Assembly: GCA_965216785.1 (NCBI GenBank)
Contig: OZ244197.1
Coordinates: 2,432,001 to 2,496,000 of the forward strand
Reading direction: 5' to 3'
From: Thermodesulfobacteriota bacterium
GTDB taxonomy: Bacteria; Desulfobacterota_D; UBA1144; Nemesobacterales; UBA2774
DNA: 64,000 bases
The notes under the pieces are model-generated. The model did no database searches and was not told the DNA's origin. It was given only the letters and a program-made list of their open reading frames with translations. The position numbers were made by a program, and so were the translations under genes. How positions within the stretch are numbered: the first letter of the stretch is position 1; every line of letters starts with the position of its first letter. Of this stretch, positions 28,874 to 39,670 are shown piece by piece.

Positions 28874-29551
28874 TTAATTTGGCTGCGCTTGCACGTCGAC
28901 CTGACGGTTGACTACGGAAGCGGGATTAAAGCCTGGCACGCTCTTGTACATTTCTTCGTATACTTCGTTTGCTTTCTGAGGTTGACCCGAGCGCTGATAA
29001 GAGAAAGCAAGATGCAGTCTGCCCATAGTTTCGTAAGGACTTCCGGTCCCTGTCCGCAGTTTGGTTAAATACTCAATAGCCTGTTCCCAGTCGCCTTCAC
29101 TGTAGCTTGCGAGACCTTGAGTAAGAAGGGCGGAGTCTCTGAGCATGCTTTCCTGAACGTCAGAGTCTAGGAACTTTGATAAGAGCTGCCGCGACTGCTC
29201 ATAATTCCCCATGTTGTAGTTAATGAGTCCGGCGTAGTAAACCGCGATATTGGAAATGTCCTCTCCGCTGTACTTTTCCGCCGTCTCAAGGAATACGGGC
29301 AGAGCCTCTTCTTCATTGCCCGAATTGTAAAGATCAAGCGCTTCATCAAACATAATATTCGCTTCAAAAGCCTTATTTTCCGCGCTTGTGTTCATAAAAT
29401 AAGCACCTATTAGTATTACTATTACAGCGCCTACTATTGCTAACAACACCCTTGAGTGATCACCAGCGAAGTTAACGGCGGTTTCGATCGCTCCGACGAA
29501 CCTGTCAGGCTGTTTTAACTCTTTTTCCGTGTACTTAATCTTTTCTGCCAT
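28874..29551 (-). CDS. YfgM-like membrane-anchored TPR protein
   Basis: KELKQPDRF, single TM, TPR repeats; start moved to MAEKIK. Confidence 0.8.
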   Translation of the reverse strand: MAEKIKYTEKELKQPDRFVGAIETAVNFAGDHSRVLLAIVGAVIVILIGAYFMNTSAENKAFEANIMFDEALDLYNSGNEEEALPVFLETAEKYSGEDISNIAVYYAGLINYNMGNYEQSRQLLSKFLDSDVQESMLRDSALLTQGLASYSEGDWEQAIEYLTKLRTGTGSPYETMGRLHLAFSYQRSGQPQKANEVYEEMYKSVPGFNPASVVNRQVDVQAQPN

Positions 29552-29726
29552 GCGCAAAATTATAATCAGAGGCTCGGGAAATTCAAGTATCAAAAAAGAG
29601 GGCTCTAAGACACCTATACGATAGGACTAGTTGTTGATAGACAAGGGACCGCAGGCTCATGTGCAAACGCTAATAATCCTTGCGGTTTATGCCCTATATG
29701 GCTACACTTGTTTTAGGGGTGACGGT

Positions 29727-31223
29727 ATGATTAGAGCTATTTCCATAGTGCTTCTGGTACTTTCTCTGACTTCATTCTACATCGGCTATGCCGGGGCTCA
29801 GAAGAGTTCGGATGATGGGCCTGCAAAACAGGAAAAGCAGGGAGCAGAGATTGACGAAAGCGCGGAGACTGAAAACAGGGCACCCGGGGAAATCGTCGTT
29901 ATAGAAATAAACGGCACCATCAACCCCGCTACGCTCGACTATATCAGATCTGGACTCGATGAAGCAAAAGAGATTTCAGCGGAGGCCTTTGTAATACAGC
30001 TGGACACTCCCGGCGGACTGCTCAGCTCTACAAAAGAAATAGTAAAACTCCTTCTTAACTCCCCGGTACCCGTAATTGTGTACGTATCCCCAAGCGGCGC
30101 CACGGCCACTTCGGCTGGGGTGTTTATCACTCTGTCGGCTAATATCGCGGCCATGGCTCCCGGCACAAGCATAGGGGCCGCGCACCCCGTATCACTCGCT
30201 CCCGGAGGAAAACAACCGGACAAAAAGGAAGATAAGGGAACCAAAGAGGATGTGGGTGACAAGGAAGGTAAGAAAGTTTCTGAGAATGAAGAGCGAAAAG
30301 CAAAAGACGATGAAGCCGCGGGCAGGTCCCAAGAGGATATTATGGGGGAGAAATTAATTAACTTCACCTCATCGTTTGTCGAGAGCATAGCCGAGCAGAG
30401 AGGACGAAACGTCGAGTGGGCGATAGACGCCGTCAGGGAAAGTGACGCTATCACGGCCACAGAGGCGCTTGAGATAAACGTAATAGATATAATCTCTCCA
30501 AGCTTAACAGAGCTATTAAACGAAGTAGACGGCATGGAGATTAAGCTGCCCCAGGGTGAGAGAAAACTCCTCACCAAGGGAGCGTCAATAATCAGAATAG
30601 CTATGAGCGCTAAACAAAAGCTTATAGATATTCTCAGCACACCGGACATTGCATTTATGCTGCTCTCGCTAGGCTCGCTTGGAATACTGCTTGAATTCTA
30701 CAATCCGGGCCTCATCTTCCCAGGCGTGGCGGGCGTCGTATGTCTGCTCATGGGATTTGTATCGTTTCAGATTCTGCCGTTTAACTACGCGGGCGTCGTA
30801 CTGCTGCTCCTCGCCATAGGGCTATTCGTTACAGAGGTCTACGTTACGAGCTTCGGACTGCTGAGCCTGGGGGGAGTCATAAGCTTCGCTCTCGGGGCGC
30901 TTTTGCTATTTGACACTCCAGAGTCTGACGTCAGAGTAGGGTTTGAAATGGTCATAGCCACCACTCTCGCTATAGGGCTGTTTTTCTTCTACGTCGCTTA
31001 CTATCTTATAAAAGCGCAGAAGCTCAATCCTCAGCTCGGGTATGAAGGACTGATCGGAGAGAGTGGCGAGGCGGTCACGGATATACTTAAGGAGGGCAAG
31101 GTTTACCTCCTTGGTGAATACTGGGACGCCGAGAGCGACAGCCCTATTAATAAGGGAGATGAGATTGAGGTTCTGGAGTATGAAAAGGGATTTAAACTTA
31201 AGGTAAAAAAAGCTGAAAGCTAA
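29727..31223 (+). CDS. nfeD: NfeD long form (ClpP-like serine protease, membrane and OB domains)
   Basis: [29 protein letters not shown]; upstream of a stomatin gene. Confidence 0.93.
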   Translation: MIRAISIVLLVLSLTSFYIGYAGAQKSSDDGPAKQEKQGAEIDESAETENRAPGEIVVIEINGTINPATLDYIRSGLDEAKEISAEAFVIQLDTPGGLLSSTKEIVKLLLNSPVPVIVYVSPSGATATSAGVFITLSANIAAMAPGTSIGAAHPVSLAPGGKQPDKKEDKGTKEDVGDKEGKKVSENEERKAKDDEAAGRSQEDIMGEKLINFTSSFVESIAEQRGRNVEWAIDAVRESDAITATEALEINVIDIISPSLTELLNEVDGMEIKLPQGERKLLTKGASIIRIAMSAKQKLIDILSTPDIAFMLLSLGSLGILLEFYNPGLIFPGVAGVVCLLMGFVSFQILPFNYAGVVLLLLAIGLFVTEVYVTSFGLLSLGGVISFALGALLLFDTPESDVRVGFEMVIATTLAIGLFFFYVAYYLIKAQKLNPQLGYEGLIGESGEAVTDILKEGKVYLLGEYWDAESDSPINKGDEIEVLEYEKGFKLKVKKAES

Positions 31224-31243
31224 ATTTCAGAGGAGGCAAGATA

Positions 31244-32008
31244 ATGTTCTCACCAATATTTATTTTCATAGCGGTAATAGTACTTCTACTTCTTTCGGGC
31301 GTACGGATACTTAACGAATACGAAAGGGGCGTAGTGTTCAGACTCGGGAGAATCGTTGACCCCAAGGGACCCGGTTTTAAGTGGATCATCCCAGTGGTGG
31401 ATAAGATGGTAAAGATTTCGCTCCGTGTGATAACCATGGATGTCCCTCCCCAGGACATCATCACCAAAGACAACGTGTCGGTCAAGGTGAACGCGGTCGT
31501 CTATTTCCGCGTAATAGACCCTATAAAAGCCGTGATCCAGGTCGAGAATTATCTATACGCTACCTCACAGCTTGCTCAGACAACTCTCCGCAGCGTGCTC
31601 GGCCAGGTAGAGCTCGACGAGCTACTGGCAGAAAGGGAGAAGCTGAACCTGAACCTTCAGGAAGTGCTGGATAAACAGACAGACCCATGGGGAATTAAAG
31701 TAACTTTAGTTGAAATTAAATATGTCGATTTACCTCAGGACATGCAGCGCTCCATGGCCAAGCAGGCAGAGGCCGAGAGGGAAAGAAGGGCCAAGGTCAT
31801 TAGCGCCGAAGGAGAGTTCCAGGCAGCGGCCAGACTGTCAGAGGCCTCAGAAGTCCTTTCCCAAAACCCTATGTCTCTTCAGCTAAGGTATCTGCAAACT
31901 CTTTCGGATATGGCAACGGAAAAAAGCTCTACCATTGTGTTCCCGCTTCCGATAGACTTGATAAAACCCTGGCTCCAGGCCCTTGAGAAAAAAACCGAAA
32001 GCGAATAA
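31244..32008 (+). CDS. stomatin-like SPFH (slipin) protein
   Basis: [47 protein letters not shown]. Confidence 0.95.
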   Translation: MFSPIFIFIAVIVLLLLSGVRILNEYERGVVFRLGRIVDPKGPGFKWIIPVVDKMVKISLRVITMDVPPQDIITKDNVSVKVNAVVYFRVIDPIKAVIQVENYLYATSQLAQTTLRSVLGQVELDELLAEREKLNLNLQEVLDKQTDPWGIKVTLVEIKYVDLPQDMQRSMAKQAEAERERRAKVISAEGEFQAAARLSEASEVLSQNPMSLQLRYLQTLSDMATEKSSTIVFPLPIDLIKPWLQALEKKTESE

Positions 32009-32036
32009 TACAGCACATGAATAAGGAGAATTATTA

Positions 32037-33692
32037 ATGAGATTCTTTCTTTCAATAATCCTGAGCGTAATTTTTGTATCCGCACTAGCGTCTTGTAAAT
32101 CCCAAGACAACGCTGCAGAAACGACCGCTACAGATAATACGGAGCAGACAAACAATACATCAGACTCAGAACCCGTTGACGGGGACTGGCTAATTTATCA
32201 CCTGAACGCAGAGCCCGCGACACTGAATCCCATAACCGCGACCGACGCGTATGAGAGCCGCGTGAACTCGGGGAATATTTATGAGACCCTTATTGAAAGA
32301 AACAATGAAACGCTCGAGATAGAGCCGCTTCTCGCCGAGTCATGGGAGATTTCAGAGGACAAGCTGACGTACACGTTTAAGCTAAGAGAAAACGTGAAGT
32401 GGCAGGATGGCGAGCCTTTCACCTCTGAAGATGTGGTGTTCTCCTACAAAACTATCATGAACCCTAAAGTGGACGCCCCGCAGCTAAGGGCCTACTACCA
32501 GGAGATCCGGGACGTAAAAGCAATTGACGATCACACGGTAAAGTTCACCTATGCGCGTCCTTATTTTCTGGCGCTTGAGTTCTGCGGTGGAATGCCCATC
32601 GTGCCCAAGCATGTGTTTGCAGAAGGAGACTTCAACACCAACCCTGCGGGCAGAAGCCCTGTGGGCACGGGTCCATACAAATTTCTCAGGTGGACTACCG
32701 GGCGCGAGATAGTGGTTGAAAAAAATCCTGACTATTGGGGGGAAAAACCAAAGCTTAACAGGATCGTATTTAGAATTATTACCGACTCTTCTGTATCGCT
32801 GCAGGTATTAAAGCGCGAGGAGCTTGATGTATCGGGGCTTACGCCCATTCAGTGGGCGCGCCAAACGAGCTCAAAATCATTTGAAGAAAATTTCGACAAG
32901 CTATCTTATTTTACTCCGAACTACAGCTATATTGGATGGAATCTGCGAAGACCTTACTTTTCGGACAAAGTGGTAAGGCAGGCGCTCACCCACCTGGTTA
33001 ACCGCGAGCTTATACTACAGCAGATACTCTTTGATCTGGGCGCCGTTGTTACAAACCCCTTTTATATAAACAGTCCTGAGTATGATAAGTCCATCGAGCC
33101 GTATCCCTACGACCCGAAAAAAGCCGCAGAGCTGCTCGATCAGGCCGGCTGGACGGACTCGAACGGAAACGGCATAAGGGATAAGGACGGGGTCGAGTTT
33201 AATTTCGAGTTTTTAATCCCGGCTGGCTCTGAGACCGGGGAGAAGATAGCGACCATATTAAAAGAAGAGCTGGATAAAACGGGCATCGGCATGGATATAA
33301 GAAAGATCGAATGGGCCGTATTCACCTCAAGGCTAATGGATAGAAAATTTGACGCCGTAACACTGGCCTGGTCTATGGGCGTTGAGTCAGATCCCTATCA
33401 GATATGGAGCTCGACTCAGGCGGAGAAAGGATCAAACTTCGTTGGGTTTGTAAACGAAGAGGCCGACAAGCTGATAGAAGCCGCGAGAAAAGAGTTTGAC
33501 CGGGATAAGCGCATAGAGATGTACCGCCGCTTCGCCGAGATAGTGCACGAGGAACAGCCCTATACATTTATGTTCTGCAATAAATCCACCGTAGCGGTGA
33601 ACAAACGTTTTGAGAATGTAGTCGTTTACCCCCTCGGTATAGACCCGCTTGAGTGGCATGTGCCGCTGCCGCTTCAACTGTATAGCGAATAG
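32037..33692 (+). CDS. peptide ABC transporter substrate-binding lipoprotein (family 5)
   Basis: LASC lipobox, LAESWE, WQDGEPFTSEDV, PVGTGPY. Confidence 0.93.
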   Translation: MRFFLSIILSVIFVSALASCKSQDNAAETTATDNTEQTNNTSDSEPVDGDWLIYHLNAEPATLNPITATDAYESRVNSGNIYETLIERNNETLEIEPLLAESWEISEDKLTYTFKLRENVKWQDGEPFTSEDVVFSYKTIMNPKVDAPQLRAYYQEIRDVKAIDDHTVKFTYARPYFLALEFCGGMPIVPKHVFAEGDFNTNPAGRSPVGTGPYKFLRWTTGREIVVEKNPDYWGEKPKLNRIVFRIITDSSVSLQVLKREELDVSGLTPIQWARQTSSKSFEENFDKLSYFTPNYSYIGWNLRRPYFSDKVVRQALTHLVNRELILQQILFDLGAVVTNPFYINSPEYDKSIEPYPYDPKKAAELLDQAGWTDSNGNGIRDKDGVEFNFEFLIPAGSETGEKIATILKEELDKTGIGMDIRKIEWAVFTSRLMDRKFDAVTLAWSMGVESDPYQIWSSTQAEKGSNFVGFVNEEADKLIEAARKEFDRDKRIEMYRRFAEIVHEEQPYTFMFCNKSTVAVNKRFENVVVYPLGIDPLEWHVPLPLQLYSE

Positions 33693-33701
33693 CTGTTTTT
33701 C

Positions 33702-33730
33702 TGTTATTAGCGGTGAAGTGAAGCAATCTC
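33702..33730. repeat. degenerate REP-like element
   Basis: TGTTATTAGCGGTGAAGTGAAGCAATCTC shares the GAAGCAATC end with 19618-19653. Confidence 0.35.
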
Positions 33731-33875
33731 ATTGATTCGGGCATCAGAACCATTGTAGGCAATCTCAAACTATTTCTATCTACCATTTCATTTAATCTTA
33801 ATGATTGGGTATAAATTTATCTGTAAATACGGACGCTAATACCGTTGTAAATGCAGCACCTCAGTCTGCCAAATC

Positions 33876-34877
33876 ATGAGAGACTACATTATAAAGCGCC
33901 TTCTGCTGCTGATTCCCACAATGCTGGGCATTACGATTATTACGTTTGTGATAATCCAGCTGGCCCCGGGAAACCCGGTCGAAAGAAAGCTCCAGCTGGA
34001 CCAGGGCATACAGGCCGAAGCAATCACTCAGCAGATTATAGAGGAAACCAAGAAACTCTATGGTCTGGACAAGCCGATATACGAGCGTTACTGGATATGG
34101 GTAAAGCAGATATTCACGCTCGACTTCGGACGCTCCTATAAAGACCACCGCCCGGTGATTGATAAAATAGCGGAGCGAATACCAATAACGCTTGCGCTTA
34201 ACCTGATCTCTATATTTTTTATATACCTTATATCCATACCCGTTGGTGTCTGGTCCGCCGTAAAGCACGGCTCTCCTATTGAGAGGACTAATACGTTTTT
34301 CCTCTTTGTCCTGTATTCGATCCCGAGCTTCTGGATGGCGATGATCTTAATATTCTTTTTGGGGGGAGGGGAGTACTGGGACATCTTCCCCGTCTACGGC
34401 ATACTCTCGCCGGGGGCGGAAAACTATCCGTTCTTCCAAAAGGCGCTTAACTTCCTCTGGCACATAGTGCTTCCGGTTTTCTGTCTTACTTACGGTAGTC
34501 TTGCATATCTCTCAAGATTCCAGAAAGGGAGCCTGCTCGAAGTGCTCAGGGAAGACTACGTCCGTACGGCTGCGGCAAAGGGGCTTCCTAAATCAACTGT
34601 CATAATGAAACACGCGCTCCGTAACGCGTTAATCCCGATAATAACTATTCTCGCAGGCATACTGCCCGCGATGATCGGCGGGAGCGTCATTATAGAGAGT
34701 ATCTTCTCTATCCCCGGCATTGGACAGCTGGGGTTTGAATCGGTGCTTTCGCGCGACTATCCGGTAATCATGGCGATAGCCACCATATCGGCGTTCCTTA
34801 CCCTGATCGGGATTCTTATTTCGGATCTAGTGTACGTATTCATAGACCCCAGAATTAGCTTCGAGGCTAAAGAATGA
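33876..34877 (+). CDS. peptide ABC transporter permease (OppB/DppB-like)
   Basis: YIIKRLL, LDFGRSY, EDYVRTAAAKGL, ESIFSIPGIG. Confidence 0.94.
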   Translation: MRDYIIKRLLLLIPTMLGITIITFVIIQLAPGNPVERKLQLDQGIQAEAITQQIIEETKKLYGLDKPIYERYWIWVKQIFTLDFGRSYKDHRPVIDKIAERIPITLALNLISIFFIYLISIPVGVWSAVKHGSPIERTNTFFLFVLYSIPSFWMAMILIFFLGGGEYWDIFPVYGILSPGAENYPFFQKALNFLWHIVLPVFCLTYGSLAYLSRFQKGSLLEVLREDYVRTAAAKGLPKSTVIMKHALRNALIPIITILAGILPAMIGGSVIIESIFSIPGIGQLGFESVLSRDYPVIMAIATISAFLTLIGILISDLVYVFIDPRISFEAKE

Positions 34878-35872
34878 GCGAGCAAAAGAGTGTTGGATAT
34901 TGGGGTAGTGTGTGGAAAAAATTTAAGGGCGACAGGCTTGCTCTTACCGCGCTTATATTGATTTTCACACTGTTCGGTATCGCTATATTCCAGGACTTCC
35001 TCGCCGGGAACCAGCCTATCGTTCTAAAATACGAAGGTAAGTACTATTTCCCTGTGCTGATTAGGTATAACGAATTTTTCGGCACCGATTTTAAGAAGCT
35101 GGACGAGAACCTCCCCGCTGGGGACTTCGCCGTATTCCCTCCCGTACCCTACAGTCCTACGGAAAATAATCTGCTGTCAATTCTGACCCCTCCTTCAAAG
35201 GCTCATCTGTTCGGAACTGACGACAGGGGACGCGACGTGCTGAGCAGAATGATACACGGGACGAGGATATCGCTCTCTATCGGTTTTGTCGCGGTAGGAA
35301 TAGCCGCGATAATAGGAATTATTCTCGGAGGCATTGCGGGTTATTACGGAGGGACTATAGACTTTATCATCTCGAGACTGTTTGAGGTGATGATGACGTT
35401 CCCAGTGTTCTTTTTGATTCTGACAATACTGGCGTTTAGGGACCCGAGTATATATAACATTATGATCGTCTTAGGAGCTACCGGATGGACCGGTATAGCC
35501 AGGCTCATCCGAGGGGAATTCTTAAAGCTCCGAAAGTTTGAGTACGTAGAGGCTGCGGTGGCGCTTGGCGGAACGGACTCGCGCGTGATGATGAAGCATA
35601 TGCTCCCTAACTCACTCGCGCCCGTGCTCGTTGACGCAACGTTTGGTGTGGCGGGAGCGATACTCGTGGAATCGGCGCTCAGCTTTTTAGGGTTCGGAGT
35701 GCCGCCCCCCGACCCGAGCTGGGGGGATGTGCTCTCTCAGTCTCAGCGTTATGTGGATTTCGCGTGGTGGCTTGTTCTATTTCCCGGTGCGGCTATATTT
35801 TTAACCGTTACGTCGTTTAACCTCGTGGGAGAAGGTTTCCGTAACGCAATAGACCCCAAATTTAGGGGGTAA
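34874..35872 (+). CDS. peptide ABC transporter permease (OppC/DppC-like)
   Basis: HLFGTDDRGRDV, EYVEAAVALG, ESALSFLGFG. Confidence 0.94.
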   Translation: MSEQKSVGYWGSVWKKFKGDRLALTALILIFTLFGIAIFQDFLAGNQPIVLKYEGKYYFPVLIRYNEFFGTDFKKLDENLPAGDFAVFPPVPYSPTENNLLSILTPPSKAHLFGTDDRGRDVLSRMIHGTRISLSIGFVAVGIAAIIGIILGGIAGYYGGTIDFIISRLFEVMMTFPVFFLILTILAFRDPSIYNIMIVLGATGWTGIARLIRGEFLKLRKFEYVEAAVALGGTDSRVMMKHMLPNSLAPVLVDATFGVAGAILVESALSFLGFGVPPPDPSWGDVLSQSQRYVDFAWWLVLFPGAAIFLTVTSFNLVGEGFRNAIDPKFRG

Positions 35873-35890
35873 ATATTATAAGAGAATATC

Positions 35891-36874
35891 ATGGCAGATG
35901 CCCTACAGATTAAAGATTTAAGAATCTCTTTCGAATCGGAGAAAAAGAAAGTAGAGGTCGTAAGCGGCATCTCACTTACCGTCCCGCAAGGGAAAATAGT
36001 GGGCGTCGTAGGAGAGAGCGGCTGCGGCAAGACAGTTACGGCGCTCTCTGTAATGAGGCTGATTCCCGAGCCGCCCGGCAGTATTGACGGGGGCAATATA
36101 ATATTTGACGGCGGCGATCTTTTGAGCTACTCGGACCGCGATATGAGAGCCGTTAGAGGAAACAGAATATCCATGATATTTCAGGAGCCTATAAGCTCGC
36201 TCAACCCGGTATTCACCGTAGGCGATCAGATAGGAGAAGCTCTCAAAACACATACAAAGCTATCAAACAGTGAAATAAAAGAAAGGGTAATAGAGTTATT
36301 GAACCTTGTAGGCATCCCCTCGCCGGAGCGCAGGATGAAGAACTATCCGCACGAGATGTCGGGAGGTATGTCGCAGAGGGTTATGATAGCTATGGCGCTT
36401 TCCTGCAGCCCCGAGGTGCTGATAGCGGACGAGCCGACGACAGCGCTCGACGTTACCATTCAGGCCGGAATACTGGAGCTCATAGAAGACCTGAGAGCAA
36501 AGATGGGCATGGCAGTGCTCCTCATTACCCACGACCTGGGCATCATAGCCGAAGTTGCCGACGAAGTATATGTCATGTACGCGGGCAAGGTGGTGGAGCA
36601 CGCCGATACGCATGATCTATTCGCGCGCCCGAAGCATCCGTACACCGTAGGGCTGCTTAATTCGATACCCGATTTAAGAGAGAGTAAAGAGGAGCTTGAC
36701 GCGATACCCGGTGTCGTGCCATCTCCGGGGAGTTACCCCTCGGGATGCAGGTTCCAGGACCGCTGCCCCATGGTAATAGACAGGTGCAAGGCACAAGAGC
36801 CGCCATTGACGGAGGTGGGCACGAGGCACTACTCCGCGTGTTTCAGAGCGCAAGAGGTAAGGTTAAAGGACTAA
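35891..36874 (+). CDS. peptide ABC transporter ATPase (OppD/DppD-like)
   Basis: [27 protein letters not shown]-terminal Cys-rich domain. Confidence 0.95.
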   Translation: MADALQIKDLRISFESEKKKVEVVSGISLTVPQGKIVGVVGESGCGKTVTALSVMRLIPEPPGSIDGGNIIFDGGDLLSYSDRDMRAVRGNRISMIFQEPISSLNPVFTVGDQIGEALKTHTKLSNSEIKERVIELLNLVGIPSPERRMKNYPHEMSGGMSQRVMIAMALSCSPEVLIADEPTTALDVTIQAGILELIEDLRAKMGMAVLLITHDLGIIAEVADEVYVMYAGKVVEHADTHDLFARPKHPYTVGLLNSIPDLRESKEELDAIPGVVPSPGSYPSGCRFQDRCPMVIDRCKAQEPPLTEVGTRHYSACFRAQEVRLKD

Positions 36875-36876
36875 GC

Positions 36877-37845
36877 ATGTCAGTAAAAGAACTTTTAAAA
36901 GTAGAAAAGCTAAAGAAATACTTCCCTGTTAAGTCAGGTGTATTTTCAACGACAAGTAATTTTGTTAAGGCCGTAGACGGCATAGACCTCTCGGTCGGCG
37001 AAGGCGAGACGCTCGGGCTTGTAGGAGAGAGCGGCTGCGGCAAGACAACGCTTGGAAAAACCATCTTGAAACTGCTTGAGCCCTCTGAGGGCGAGATTTA
37101 TTTTGAAGACAGAGACATCACCCATCTCTCTCCCTCAAATATGAGACCGTTTCGAAAAGAAATGCAGATAGTGTTCCAGGACCCTTACGGCTCGCTCAAC
37201 CCCAGGATGAAGGTAGAGAGCATAGTGTCGGAAGGGCTCATAATCCATGATATGGCTTCTAAGAACGAAAGGCGGGACATAATCAAGGAGCTTTTAAACA
37301 CGGTAGGGCTGAGGGAAGACGCGCTTGCCCGCTACCCCCACGAGTTCTCCGGTGGTCAGCGCCAAAGGATCGCTATCGCAAGAGCGCTCGCCTTGAAACC
37401 CAAATTCATAGTATGTGATGAGCCTATCTCCGCCTTGGATGTTTCTGTGCAGGCTCAGATAATTAACCTTTTTATCGAGCTTCAGGAAAAATTTAAGCTC
37501 ACATATCTATTTATATCCCATGATTTAAGAGTGGTAAGACACATCAGCGACCGTGTGGCTGTGATGTATCTTGGAAAAATAGTTGAGCTTTCAGCAAGTA
37601 AAGAGCTCTATAAAAACCCTCTTCATCCCTATACCAAGATACTTATTTCATCAGTGCCGATCGCGAACCCGGAGAAGAAAAGAGAGTCTAGCGTGCTGAA
37701 GGGAGACGTGCCAAGCCCCATAAACCCGCCCTCGGGCTGCAGCTTTCACCCCAGGTGTCCGATAGCTGTTGAAAAGTGCAAAACACACGAGCCCGAGCTA
37801 AGAGATCTGGGCTCCGGGCATTTCGTTTCATGCCACCTCGTTTGA
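36877..37845 (+). CDS. peptide ABC transporter ATPase (OppF/DppF-like)
   Basis: [20 protein letters not shown]; true start is the ATG at 36877. Confidence 0.95.
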   Translation: MSVKELLKVEKLKKYFPVKSGVFSTTSNFVKAVDGIDLSVGEGETLGLVGESGCGKTTLGKTILKLLEPSEGEIYFEDRDITHLSPSNMRPFRKEMQIVFQDPYGSLNPRMKVESIVSEGLIIHDMASKNERRDIIKELLNTVGLREDALARYPHEFSGGQRQRIAIARALALKPKFIVCDEPISALDVSVQAQIINLFIELQEKFKLTYLFISHDLRVVRHISDRVAVMYLGKIVELSASKELYKNPLHPYTKILISSVPIANPEKKRESSVLKGDVPSPINPPSGCSFHPRCPIAVEKCKTHEPELRDLGSGHFVSCHLV

Positions 37846-37860
37846 CGCGTAAATTTAAAC

Positions 37861-37888
37861 TTGCAAACCGGCAATCTTGTATTATTAT
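37861..37888 (+). promoter_or_regulatory. putative sigma70 promoter of the yceD-rpmF-fab cluster
   Basis: TTGCAA-N16-TATTAT. Confidence 0.4.
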
Positions 37889-37946
37889 TAAAAGCCGTTA
37901 TTTTAGAAGGGTAAGCAATAATTATTCGTGAATATTTCTCAGGAAA

Positions 37947-38462
37947 ATGAAAGTTCGAGTTTCAGATATTAGTGAAAATGGTATACACCTGGAGACATTT
38001 GAGAATTCCGAATGGCTCGTGAACGTTCCTGAGCTTTCAAACGGGGATAAGAACACTAAGCTTACCTCAAGGTTTGACATCGACTTACAACTGAATAAAG
38101 TTCTAAGGGAAGTTACGGTGTCAGGCAATGTGGCGTTTTCGATCGAAGCCCCTTGTTCCAGGTGCCTTAAGACAGTAAAGCTCGATCTGAAACCGGAAGT
38201 TAACCTTGTCCTTACTCCAGAAGAGAGTACGGGTGAGGAAGATGAGGACATAAACCACGAGACTTATGTCGGTGACGAAGTGGATATAAGCGACTATATT
38301 AGAGAGCAGATTGCAATGTCGCTCCCCTTCAAGGTAGTATGCTCGGAAACATGCAAGGGCCTGTGCCCAAGCTGCGGAATTAATTTGAACGATGAAAAGT
38401 GCGAGTGCGATAGTCATAAGATAGACCCCAGGCTTGAAGTGCTCAAGAACTTGAAAATTTAG
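37947..38462 (+). CDS. yceD: YceD/DUF177 family protein
   Basis: CSRCL, CSETCKGLCPSCG, IDPRLEVL; immediately upstream of rpmF. Confidence 0.93.
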   Translation: MKVRVSDISENGIHLETFENSEWLVNVPELSNGDKNTKLTSRFDIDLQLNKVLREVTVSGNVAFSIEAPCSRCLKTVKLDLKPEVNLVLTPEESTGEEDEDINHETYVGDEVDISDYIREQIAMSLPFKVVCSETCKGLCPSCGINLNDEKCECDSHKIDPRLEVLKNLKI

Positions 38463-38484
38463 GATTGAAAGGGAGAATATACAA

Positions 38485-38679
38485 ATGGCGCTTCCCAAGA
38501 GAAAACACTCAAAATCAAGAAGCAGAAAAAGAAGGACCCATTACAAGATGAGCCGTCCCGGCCTGTCGACGTGCCAGAACTGCGGTGAGCACAAGTCGCC
38601 CCACAGAGTATGCCCGAGCTGCGGGTTCTACAAGGGAAGGACTTTCGTAAGAGAACAAGAGCAGGAAGAGCTTTCATAA
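38485..38679 (+). CDS. rpmF: 50S ribosomal protein L32 (Zn-binding form)
   Basis: MALPKRKHS, CQNC, HRVCPSCGFY. Confidence 0.97.
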   Translation: MALPKRKHSKSRSRKRRTHYKMSRPGLSTCQNCGEHKSPHRVCPSCGFYKGRTFVREQEQEELS

Positions 38680-38743
38680 GGTAATATCTTACGATTCAAG
38701 GATTATTGTTCCCCAAGAATTTTTGTACAAGGATAGTTATTCT

Positions 38744-39670
38744 ATGATTGCATTCGTATTCCCCGGACAGGGTTCCCAGTATGTGGGAATGGGAAATGAG
38801 CTATACAATGAATTCACCGCCGCAAAAGAAGTTTTTGACGAGGCTGGTGAAGTGCTTGGCTTTGATCTTGCGGCCCTTTGCTTTGAGGGCGAGCAAGAAG
38901 AGCTATCTCTCACATATAACGCCCAGCCTGCGCTCCTGACTACAAGCATTGCCGCGCTTAGGGTGCTTGAGCAAGAGTCCGAGGTCAGACCAGATTTCGT
39001 TGCGGGACATAGCTTGGGTGAATATTCGGCCCTTGTCGCTAACGGTTCTATGACGCTTAAAGACGCTGTACATGTAGTAAGAAAAAGAGGAGAGTTCATG
39101 CAGGAAGCGGTCCCTGTGGGAATTGGCGCTATGGCGGCTGTTCTGGGTCAGGATATAGAGCAGGTGGAAGAGATCTGCAGACAGGTATCCGACAACTCCC
39201 ACATTGCGAGCCCGGCGAACCTGAACGCTCCCGGACAGGTGGTGATTTCGGGAAACAAAGAAGCTGTAGAGAAAGCCTCTGAGATCGCGAAATCAAACGG
39301 AGCGAAAAGGGTTGTTCCTTTAGATGTAAGCGCCCCGTTTCACTGCTCTCTTATGGAGCCCGCCGCAAAGAGACTGGCAGAAGTGCTTAGCGGCGTAGAG
39401 TTTAGCGCCATGAGCGCCCCTGTTGTTTCAAACTGCACGGCAACAGTGACCGAGGACCCGTCTTTACTTAGAGGACTTTTGATAGAGCAGGTGACAAGCC
39501 CAGTCAGGTGGCATGAATCCGTTCAGACACTCTATGGACTAGGTGTTAAGGACTACTTTGAGGTCGGCCCTAAAAACGTATTATCCGGACTAATAAAAAG
39601 AACATTGTCAGACGTATCAACAAATAATTTTGAAAAGACGGCACAATTGGAGTCCATACGAAATGACTGA
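38744..39670 (+). CDS. fabD: malonyl-CoA:ACP transacylase
   Basis: FPGQGSQ, GHSLGEY, SAPFH. Confidence 0.97.
   Translation: MIAFVFPGQGSQYVGMGNELYNEFTAAKEVFDEAGEVLGFDLAALCFEGEQEELSLTYNAQPALLTTSIAALRVLEQESEVRPDFVAGHSLGEYSALVANGSMTLKDAVHVVRKRGEFMQEAVPVGIGAMAAVLGQDIEQVEEICRQVSDNSHIASPANLNAPGQVVISGNKEAVEKASEIAKSNGAKRVVPLDVSAPFHCSLMEPAAKRLAEVLSGVEFSAMSAPVVSNCTATVTEDPSLLRGLLIEQVTSPVRWHESVQTLYGLGVKDYFEVGPKNVLSGLIKRTLSDVSTNNFEKTAQLESIRND

Noticed and set aside
29939-30649. 236-aa antisense ORF
   Set aside because: Shadow of nfeD; Ser-rich composition reflects the sense-strand codons
36745-36876. N-terminal extension of the second ABC ATPase in the ORF track
   Set aside because: Overlaps the upstream ATPase; family similarity starts at ATG 36877
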